Source: a virus
Taxonomy: Duplodnaviria; Caudoviricetes
Strand: one strand, 5' to 3'
IMG/VR virus record: IMGVR_UViG_3300046460_000097
DNA: 64,000 bases
The translations under genes were made by a program, and so were the position numbers. A model generated the notes under the pieces. It had not been told where the DNA came from and made no database searches. It saw only the letters and a program-made list of their open reading frames with translations. This document shows, piece by piece, positions 43,865 to 51,778 of this stretch (within the stretch, counting starts at the first letter, position 1; the number at the start of each line of letters is the position of its first letter).

Positions 43865-44506
43865 ATGAGCAAAGACACCTTTACCTCTCCTCAGGTTACT
43901 GACCTGAGCGGGAAAGCGCCGGCTGAAGCCGAAGCTGCTCCAGTGGTTACCAAGGAAGTTGCACCAGTTGCTGCTCCTCCTGCTGCCGCTGCCCCTGCTA
44001 CCGCCGAAGCTTCCTTCGTGCCTAAGCAAGACGTTATCGCCATTAACAAAATGGTGAACGCCAAGGGTACCGTTACCACCGACGTCATTGTTGCTCGTAT
44101 CAAGCAACACATGGAGTTCTTGTCTGGCGCCAAGCGCTACAAGAGCAAGGAAGAAGAAGTTCAGGAACAAGTGAGCTTCATCGAGACCGTCGGCAACACG
44201 CTGAAACTCGACTTCCCTCAGTACGCCCTGGTGACTGACGAACTGTTGAACGCCATCCGCGACAACAAGGACGTCTTCCAGAAAGGCACCCAGTTCCGCT
44301 TCACCATGGGTCTGGACAAAACCTACCCTGCTCAGTACATCCGCACCTACCAGGTCTACATGACCTTCCTGGCGATGGTTGCGAAGAACTGGGTGTCCCG
44401 CTACAAGCTGGACAAGTTGGTTGACCTGGCTCACGTGATCCACGACTTTGACCGTAAAGGCAAAGAGAACCTCACGCAGTACTTCCGCTACCTGACCCAA
44501 GTCTAA
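43865..44506 (+). CDS. Conserved hypothetical protein with Ala/Pro-rich N-terminal linker
   Basis: 213 aa; strong codon bias. Confidence 0.7.
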   Translation: MSKDTFTSPQVTDLSGKAPAEAEAAPVVTKEVAPVAAPPAAAAPATAEASFVPKQDVIAINKMVNAKGTVTTDVIVARIKQHMEFLSGAKRYKSKEEEVQEQVSFIETVGNTLKLDFPQYALVTDELLNAIRDNKDVFQKGTQFRFTMGLDKTYPAQYIRTYQVYMTFLAMVAKNWVSRYKLDKLVDLAHVIHDFDRKGKENLTQYFRYLTQV

Positions 44507-44552
44507 CCACGGCCGTCAGTTTAACCCAACCCTCCTTGCAAGGAATAGATTC

Positions 44553-45635
44553 ATGAACGAAGAATACCAACCGGATGGCGACGGCTTCGGTTTGCCAGAC
44601 AGCCCGCACATGGAAATCATGTTCGATTCCCTGACCGACACCGTCGACCAGATGGACATCGCGGGTACTGAGTCCCTGACTCTCACTCCAGCCCAGCACT
44701 ACGCTCAAGGCGTTCTGAGCGCTGCTGGTATCGTTTCCGCTGCCCAGGTAACTGGTAACGAAGGCATCTTCTCGGCCATCGGCGACGGCTTCAAAGCGGT
44801 GTATGACTACATCGTTAAAACCTTCAAGTCCATCTGGGACTTCTTCTTCAACCGTGACAGCGCCAAAGAAGCAGAAGTGGCCAAGACTGCGGTTGACGAG
44901 AACACCAAAGAACTGCAGGCTGCTGAAGCCGGTACTCAGACCGAAGAAGAAGCCAACAAGCAGATCGCTGCTATGGCTACCGTTGCCAACGCTGAAGGCG
45001 GCGACAAAGCTCTGGCTGAAGATCTGGCCGAAGCCAAGAAGGGCGACCTCAAGGAAAAGCGTAAAGCTATCCATGAAGCTCTCAAGACCCTGCCGAAGCT
45101 GAAAGGCGCCGCCAAGCACAACCTGGAAAAGACCATCGAAAGCGCGGTCAAGGTGAAGATGGCATTCACCACCAAAGGTCTGGGCGGCGGCGACAGCAAA
45201 GCTGAAGGCGACGCTGCTGACCACCTGATGGGCAGCAACAAAACCGCCAACGACCTGGTCGACCTGACGGCTGAGATCACCAAGTTCACCATCAAGGACG
45301 CACACTTCATTACCGCTCTGAAGGGTGCTACCTCGATCAACAGCATCGACAAGGCCATTGCGTTCAGCAAAGCCTGCTCGGCCAACATCCAGATGGTGAA
45401 AGAGTTCTCCGACGTTGTCAAAGGCAAGAAGTCGAAGATCGAAGCACTGCTGCATGCTGCTGAAGCCAAGATGAAGTCCGCCAAAGACGGCAAAGACAAA
45501 GACGCACTGTCGAAAGACATCGCCGCTCTGCGTCTGATCGTTGTGATGGGCACTCGCCTGGCCAAGCTGATCGAGCAGAACTACATCAAAGTCAAGGCTG
45601 CTTCGGAAGCCATGAACAAGGTGTTCTGTATCTAA
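44553..45635 (+). CDS. Internal head protein, paralog family with cleavable propeptide
   Basis: AGTE|S and TGNE|G motifs followed by amphipathic GIFSAIGDGFKAVYDYIVKTFKSIWDFF. Confidence 0.75.
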   Translation: MNEEYQPDGDGFGLPDSPHMEIMFDSLTDTVDQMDIAGTESLTLTPAQHYAQGVLSAAGIVSAAQVTGNEGIFSAIGDGFKAVYDYIVKTFKSIWDFFFNRDSAKEAEVAKTAVDENTKELQAAEAGTQTEEEANKQIAAMATVANAEGGDKALAEDLAEAKKGDLKEKRKAIHEALKTLPKLKGAAKHNLEKTIESAVKVKMAFTTKGLGGGDSKAEGDAADHLMGSNKTANDLVDLTAEITKFTIKDAHFITALKGATSINSIDKAIAFSKACSANIQMVKEFSDVVKGKKSKIEALLHAAEAKMKSAKDGKDKDALSKDIAALRLIVVMGTRLAKLIEQNYIKVKAASEAMNKVFCI

Positions 45636-45651
45636 ACCGTGCAGCATGAAT

Positions 45652-45697
45652 AACCCTACCCACTCCCGACAACGGAGTGGGTAGGGTTTATGGCTGC
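45652..45697 (+). terminator. Hairpin plus TATGGCTGC element between convergent genes
   Basis: AACCCTACCCACTCC / GGAGTGGGTAGGGTT 15-bp stem; TATGGCTGC at 45689-45697. Confidence 0.8.
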
Positions 45698-47548
45698 TTA
45701 TGCTGCTTTCTTCATTTCTTCTACGGTTGGTTCTACTGCTGGTGCAGGAGTAGGGAACGATACTACGTTGTCAACGCTAACTTCTTCTGGCAGGTTTGCG
45801 CGCATCTCTTTAACCAACTCACCGAAACCTTTGTTGATCAGAGCAGCTTCGAACACTTGCTTGATCTTGTCGATTTCTGGGAAGCGGAACAGGTCATGGC
45901 ACAGACCAATCGCATTCGCCTGCGTACTGGACGCATAGTTAACTGCGATCTCACGGAACTTCGATGGACCAGCCCCTTGGATACCGTACACTTCCATTTG
46001 GGTTGTGTAGTTACTGGCGTTGTTAGCCAGAGTACCGGTTGGGTAAGCACCTTCAACGTCAAGGTCAGAAGTACTGCTACGACCCGAACTGATAACGTCA
46101 TCCAGACCCACAAACAGAGCACGACCCTTGGTGGCGTTCTTCTCAGTATCGAGGAGAGCAATCCAGTCGTCCAGAGTAGGTAGCTTATCGGTGAAGGACT
46201 TATCACGCTGCGAAGGAGTGCTACCCCAGACGTATCCGTTATCCTTGGCAATAAACGACAAGGTGTCCGAGATAAGGCTAGGCTGCGAAACGAAGTTGAA
46301 GTACTCCGAGTAACGAAGCAACATTGGAATCGACAGAGTGAAGTCCAGAGTCTTTTCGTTAATCTCTTCAATTGGGAAGTTATCCCCGATGTTGTATGAA
46401 GAGTACAGATACTTGTACTGCCGTTGCATGTTCCGGTGCCACTGGCCGCTACCCGGGCCCCAAGACATGCCTTCCTCGGTATACAGCTTACCTTTAACGT
46501 TTTCACGCTGAGAGATAGCTTCTAGGCTGTAGCTTTCCAGCTTACCGAATGGGAAACGTTTAATAGCGTAACCCGACATGGCATCCGCCCACTGCCATTT
46601 AGCCATGGTGCGAACGGTAGGGAACTTCTCTTGTGGTTCCAGAGGAGTACGGTCGCCGTTCTCCTTAACCTTGTGAGTACGACCGAGGTTAAGGTTGTAG
46701 GTACGGAACTCTTTTGGAATGCTTGGATCGCTGTAGACGTCTGGAAGGTTGTACCCGTCAGCAATCAAAGCGCGCTCACAGGCTTCCATGTCATAGCTTG
46801 CGTTCCAGCTCAATACCCAGTCAGGCTCCCACTCGTGGAACTTCTGAATACAGGCATAAGCCACTTGGCCCGGAGTATCGAACAACTCGTAAACAACTGT
46901 GCACTTACGACGCTCCAAGTGTTCCTTCAAATACTTGTCTTCTGCTTCCTTGAGCTTACGGAAGATAGTCTCATCATCCGGTTCGTCATACCAACTACGA
47001 ATCGCTGCGAAGTAAGCTTTGTTCTTCATGGTGACAGACGCCATCATGATTGGCTTGTTCTCACCCGGGAAGTCCATGTCCGCTTCAACGTCGAAAGCTG
47101 CTACGGTGTACGGTTCCTTCTCCTGATACTCCCCATACTTCTGGAAGAACTTCTGCTTGAAGTGAACAGGGGTGGTTTGGTCTAACCCGAATACGAACTG
47201 ATGACCCGGGCAACCCTTAACGTCACGAATGGTAGCCTTATAGTCAGCTGCCCCAAACAACTGCTTCTTGACTTCAAACGGAATCTTGCAACGTGGAGCC
47301 TTGTACTCTCTTACCAAACGTTCTTCGATGTAATCTTTAGGCTGGTTAAAACGACGATGGTCATCTTTAACGATCCAGAACGGTTGCTTGTAATTCTCTA
47401 ACGAAATAAACGAGTTGCTGCGGCTACCATCTTCGTGGACGTTAGTAATTTTCGCACACAACAGGTCTTTGCCTTTATCGAAACGACTCATCGCATAAGC
47501 CGCATGCTTGCAAACTTTTGCGATAATAGGTGAAGTGTTTTGTGTCAT
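45698..47548 (-). CDS. Split family-B DNA polymerase, 3'-5' exonuclease plus motif A subunit (phiKZ gp82-like)
   Basis: ExoI AFDVEAD, ExoII WNASYD, ExoIII YNIGD and motif-A-like DLDVEGAYP. Start at 47548 or 47563. Confidence 0.82.
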   Translation of the reverse strand: MTQNTSPIIAKVCKHAAYAMSRFDKGKDLLCAKITNVHEDGSRSNSFISLENYKQPFWIVKDDHRRFNQPKDYIEERLVREYKAPRCKIPFEVKKQLFGAADYKATIRDVKGCPGHQFVFGLDQTTPVHFKQKFFQKYGEYQEKEPYTVAAFDVEADMDFPGENKPIMMASVTMKNKAYFAAIRSWYDEPDDETIFRKLKEAEDKYLKEHLERRKCTVVYELFDTPGQVAYACIQKFHEWEPDWVLSWNASYDMEACERALIADGYNLPDVYSDPSIPKEFRTYNLNLGRTHKVKENGDRTPLEPQEKFPTVRTMAKWQWADAMSGYAIKRFPFGKLESYSLEAISQRENVKGKLYTEEGMSWGPGSGQWHRNMQRQYKYLYSSYNIGDNFPIEEINEKTLDFTLSIPMLLRYSEYFNFVSQPSLISDTLSFIAKDNGYVWGSTPSQRDKSFTDKLPTLDDWIALLDTEKNATKGRALFVGLDDVISSGRSSTSDLDVEGAYPTGTLANNASNYTTQMEVYGIQGAGPSKFREIAVNYASSTQANAIGLCHDLFRFPEIDKIKQVFEAALINKGFGELVKEMRANLPEEVSVDNVVSFPTPAPAVEPTVEEMKKAA

Positions 47549-47628
47549 CGGTATACCCTGCATTTTATGCCCGCTTTTAGCGCTATACTAATAGTGCCCC
47601 AGTACTAAAAATAGAGGAGTACTCATTA

Positions 47629-49038
47629 ATGATCTCGATGGATTTTTTGAAACACTCAGTGTCAGGTATGGAGTTCATCGACTTCCAGAGCTCTGACTTT
47701 TACACCAAGCTGTCGTCGTACCTTGAAAGTCAGATTGATGCGGAAGGTTTCCTGTCGCCTGAATCAGCAAAGGGCATCAAACCCCTCATCGCTGAATACA
47801 CTGGTTTCAAGAACATCGACATCAAGTTCGAACAGTCCGGCAACCTGTCTGTTGACACTGGCTACTTCTCCCCGAACCACGTCCTCAACAACGACATGGT
47901 CGACGAACTGCTGAAGACCACGGAGACTACATTGTACCGTTGGTTCACGCAGAACACCGATAAGCTGTTCCGTGGCGGTATCGACTACAAGACCGGCAAG
48001 GTTACGGGTAGCTTTCAAACAGTCCCTGTTACCCTGCGCATCAACGTCAACCTGAATCAGACCTTCCCAAAAGATAAGGTGGGTAAGTTCGGTATCCCGT
48101 TGCAAGGTATTCTGTGCGGTGCTATCGCTCACGAATTGGGTCATGTGTTCAGCGGCTGTATGATGATGTCCACAGTGGTATCTGACAACTTGACCGCCAA
48201 GGCTGCCCTGCGTTTCTATCGCACTTCGAATACCGAAGAAGATCGGGTCGTGGTGCTCAAGGATATCGGTGCTCTGCTGGATGTCCCTGCTGCCAAGCAA
48301 GCCGAACTGCAACGTCTGGCTCAAGACCCTGACGATAAAGCAGTGTTCATGTACTTCGACAAAATGGTGTCGCAACGTAATATGCGTCGCAGTCTTTCTG
48401 TCGGCGTAGAACGTATGTCGTCTGAAGTAGTGGCCGACATGTACGCCATTCGCATGGGCTGTGACAAGGGTATCATTGCGGCTATCTCCATCCTGACTGA
48501 CCACGGCTGCATCCAGACCGTAGTCAACAGCCTGCTGACCGCAACCATGTTCACCCTGCTGCTGTTCCCATCTGCCCTGATGATGAGCCTCGGTGCTGGT
48601 GGTATCGCTGTGGCATTGATGTTCAGCTTCTTCACGTTCACGTTCGTCTTCGTGATGGACTATTTCAGCAAGGGCTACTCTGGTGTGTACAACGCCGACC
48701 ACCGTCGTTTCGATGACGCTGCTCGTCAGTTGATCCAGAAGCTGAAAGAAGACAAATCTGCTCCTGCTAGCCAGAAGGCGCAGATGGTTAAAGAAATCGA
48801 TCAACTGATGGTGCACGCTAAAACCCTGCGCCCTTGGTACGAGTCGACTGTTATCCATCGCTTCATGGGTTGGGTGTTCAGTCAGAGCGATTTTAAATTG
48901 CAAGAGATCGAGCATTATACTGGGGTTGTGGCAAACCATGAGGTCAACACCTTCTCGCATAAACTCCAAGCTCTTAAAGCACGCCGTGACCCTGATAACC
49001 GGGGTGAACCGGAAACCGACAAGACTTACGAATTCTAA
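47629..49038 (+). CDS. Virion protein with HExxH zinc-metallopeptidase motif and hydrophobic membrane segments
   Basis: SGME|F propeptide motif, AIAHELGH, SEVVADMYA, and a hydrophobic stretch of about 45 aa. Confidence 0.7.
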   Translation: MISMDFLKHSVSGMEFIDFQSSDFYTKLSSYLESQIDAEGFLSPESAKGIKPLIAEYTGFKNIDIKFEQSGNLSVDTGYFSPNHVLNNDMVDELLKTTETTLYRWFTQNTDKLFRGGIDYKTGKVTGSFQTVPVTLRINVNLNQTFPKDKVGKFGIPLQGILCGAIAHELGHVFSGCMMMSTVVSDNLTAKAALRFYRTSNTEEDRVVVLKDIGALLDVPAAKQAELQRLAQDPDDKAVFMYFDKMVSQRNMRRSLSVGVERMSSEVVADMYAIRMGCDKGIIAAISILTDHGCIQTVVNSLLTATMFTLLLFPSALMMSLGAGGIAVALMFSFFTFTFVFVMDYFSKGYSGVYNADHRRFDDAARQLIQKLKEDKSAPASQKAQMVKEIDQLMVHAKTLRPWYESTVIHRFMGWVFSQSDFKLQEIEHYTGVVANHEVNTFSHKLQALKARRDPDNRGEPETDKTYEF

Positions 49039-49062
49039 CCACTATCCCCAGGAGTACTACCC

Positions 49063-49461
49063 ATGTCTCATTTGATCCACGTCCTCGACTACAAGAAGTA
49101 CCTGACCGAACAAGGCATCACCTGCCCTGTAGAACAAAGCGCCATCCTGGTGGAACCATTCGCCCGTGCGCTGATCCGTCACGCCTACCGCACCGGCGGC
49201 CAGTGGACTTCTGCTGTCGACGCCAAGGCTTGGACCATGCTGGAGAAGTGGAACAGCGTGTCGCCGATCAATGCCCCTCTGGTTCACCAGAAGGCCCTGT
49301 GGCGCATCAACAACCTGAACGGCGCCATGGCCCAGACCGGTACCCTGCCAAAGGCTGAGGAATACACCTGCGTCATCAACGACAAAGATGTAACTCAGAA
49401 CGAGCAGTTCAACACTCTGGTGGCTTACCTGTTGAAAGAGCTGGAGGCCGGCCGTGAGTGA
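49063..49461 (+). CDS. Small virion-cluster protein (132 aa)
   Basis: AGGAG SD; biased codons. Confidence 0.65.
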   Translation: MSHLIHVLDYKKYLTEQGITCPVEQSAILVEPFARALIRHAYRTGGQWTSAVDAKAWTMLEKWNSVSPINAPLVHQKALWRINNLNGAMAQTGTLPKAEEYTCVINDKDVTQNEQFNTLVAYLLKELEAGRE

Positions 49462-50959
49462 ATCGCAACTCGACTCCTACTTCCAGCTGGGTAACAGTGC
49501 GCCTACCGACGCCTACCAGCCAGGTGAAGACAAGCAACGTATTGACCTGACCGAGTTCTATCGGGACAGTGATCAAGACAACGCAACTGTTATGGTCATG
49601 GGTGCGGAAGAGCTGGCGCTGGGTAAGTTGTCCAAGCGTACCGCTATCCTGCTCAGCCTGTCGGGTACTGAGAGCTACGATCCGTTCCCATCTGAGCGTA
49701 ACGCACGCATGGGCACCGAAGGCTTCTTCAGCACCATTGCAGAGGGTTTCAAGAAGTTCATTGAAACCATCATCAAGTACATCCGCATGGCCATCGACTG
49801 GGTTATCGACCTGATCCAAGGCATCTTCGGTTTCCGTAAGAGCGCCCGCATCAACGAAGAGATCAACAAGTCTCTCGACGAGATGAAGATCGAGTTCGCC
49901 AAGACCCTGAACGGTTTGGGCTTCCCTGGCAACGTGTACAACGTGGAAACCTTCTTGGGTGACCTGCCACCGAACCAAGACCGCCAAGCGCAACTGCACC
50001 TGCTGCGTAGCAAGTTCGACAAGGACAGTGATCAAGTCAAGAAATTGTCTGACACCGTTCCCCTGTTGCAACAGGCCATGGGCAAGATCAAGCAGATCGG
50101 CGAGCGGGCTGAGCGTACGTTCAAGACCTTCAAGAAGACCTTGGGCGAAGAGTTCAACCGTAGCAAGGTTCGTCACCACACCGCCAACAACACCGCGCCG
50201 CTGACCGAAGTCAACCGCGTGATGAAGGCTATCGAGGAAGCTACTCTCGCGCTGGATTCGACTGAGCTGGTGGGTCTGGTGTCGAAGACCTACAGCACCC
50301 TGTTCGGTATCACCTTCACCAACGAAGAGCTGACCAACGGCTTCACTGAAGTGCAGAAGAAGCTTCAGGAAAACGTCAAGCTGGAAGTGGTTAAGCTGGA
50401 CAAGGTCAATGTGGGCGAGACCCTGAGCAACATCCAGGATCTGAACACCCGCTACATGGGCATGGTCAGCGACGAGATCGATATCTCCAAGGTCAACTGG
50501 AAGGCGATGGGTACCATGATCGACCGTTCGGATGCCGAGAAGGTTGAGCTCATGTCGAAGATGTACAACGCTCCGACCATGTTGGCCAACTATCAGAAGC
50601 TGTCGTTGAACATCCGCAACTTCACTCAGTTCTGCTTCTTCGTAACGAACGAGCTGCGCCGGGTAGAGAAGCAGATCACCGACCTGATCGAATGGCACCA
50701 GCGGACCCATGCGTACTACTACGCCGGTTTCGTTAACGACCTGGATAAGCTCAAGGAGATCGTTCTTGATGCTCAAAGCAAGGGTCACGCGCCTTTGATC
50801 GGCAACGATCACATGGTCTTCATCAAGGCGGCCGACGCACAGACCTTCATGGAGAAGCTCTCGGCTAACATTAACTTCGGTCTGGAGAACGATATCGGTG
50901 GTCTGAAGACTATCGTTAACAACTTCTCCAAACAGACTGGTTGGGGTAAACTGATATGA
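49454..50959 (+). CDS. Internal head protein, paralog family (501 aa)
   Basis: SGTE|S and MGTE|G motifs followed by amphipathic GFFSTIAEGFKKFIETIIKYI. Confidence 0.75.
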   Translation: MSESQLDSYFQLGNSAPTDAYQPGEDKQRIDLTEFYRDSDQDNATVMVMGAEELALGKLSKRTAILLSLSGTESYDPFPSERNARMGTEGFFSTIAEGFKKFIETIIKYIRMAIDWVIDLIQGIFGFRKSARINEEINKSLDEMKIEFAKTLNGLGFPGNVYNVETFLGDLPPNQDRQAQLHLLRSKFDKDSDQVKKLSDTVPLLQQAMGKIKQIGERAERTFKTFKKTLGEEFNRSKVRHHTANNTAPLTEVNRVMKAIEEATLALDSTELVGLVSKTYSTLFGITFTNEELTNGFTEVQKKLQENVKLEVVKLDKVNVGETLSNIQDLNTRYMGMVSDEIDISKVNWKAMGTMIDRSDAEKVELMSKMYNAPTMLANYQKLSLNIRNFTQFCFFVTNELRRVEKQITDLIEWHQRTHAYYYAGFVNDLDKLKEIVLDAQSKGHAPLIGNDHMVFIKAADAQTFMEKLSANINFGLENDIGGLKTIVNNFSKQTGWGKLI

Positions 50960-51714
50960 GTCGTGAATCCCTGTGGGCGGAAATCAGCCAGCTTAAAGCG
51001 GTTGCTACTACCGTATCCCAGCAAATGGCCGACGAGACCGTTCAGCTGACCAAGAGCATGGAGGATGGGATTACCCTTCCTGTGGCTCTGCGCATCGTCA
51101 ACACGATCTGGGGTACTCATACTCAGTCGTCGCAGAAGCTCAAAGTTCAGTTGTCGGACACGTTCCCGAAGACCAACCGTGACGTTATTCGTTACACTGC
51201 GTTGCCTGCGGATGAGCTGCGCAAGCTCACTGGTGAAATGGAAGAGGTAGTGTCTTACTTCGGCCTGATCCACGAGTACATCGAGAAACTGGTGTGCGCT
51301 ATCACCGCGGCGTTGGTTAAGGGCGAGCCTACCCCTGAAGGCCAAGAAACTGTTGACGAGTTCCGTCGTAACGTGTTGCAGTACTGCTGCTACATCAACG
51401 GCTACTTCTACGAAGTCAAAGATATGGTAAACGACGAGGCCTGTACGGCTTGGGACCATATCCGCATCGTACCAACTGGCGTACTGGATGGTGACTACCT
51501 GTTCATCCAGTCTTTCAAGGATCAGTTGGCGACAGACCACGCAGAATTCCTCAAGCGTACGTTCTTCCGTCAAGAACGTGATTACTGGTCGCTGGAAGAT
51601 ATCAAGTGGTCCTCGGATCGTCTGGTGCCTTTCATCAAGTTGCCGTTCCTCTTCGCAGAGTGGCTGAATGCTACCTACGCAGACGTTGTACTCGCAGAAC
51701 CTGCTGGCGAATAA
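50956..51714 (+). CDS. Hypothetical protein in the virion gene cluster (252 aa)
   Basis: ATGA-type overlap with the upstream gene. Confidence 0.65.
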   Translation: MSRESLWAEISQLKAVATTVSQQMADETVQLTKSMEDGITLPVALRIVNTIWGTHTQSSQKLKVQLSDTFPKTNRDVIRYTALPADELRKLTGEMEEVVSYFGLIHEYIEKLVCAITAALVKGEPTPEGQETVDEFRRNVLQYCCYINGYFYEVKDMVNDEACTAWDHIRIVPTGVLDGDYLFIQSFKDQLATDHAEFLKRTFFRQERDYWSLEDIKWSSDRLVPFIKLPFLFAEWLNATYADVVLAEPAGE

Positions 51715-51730
51715 GCTGTACCGGCCATAT

Positions 51731-51777
51731 CCCCTCCTATCCCTTTGCGGGGATAGGAGGGGTAGGCTTATAGCTGC
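51731..51777. terminator. Bidirectional hairpin plus TATAGCTGC element
   Basis: CCCCTCCTATCCC / GGGATAGGAGGGG 13-bp stem; motif at 51769-51777. Confidence 0.8.
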
Positions 51778-51778
51778 T

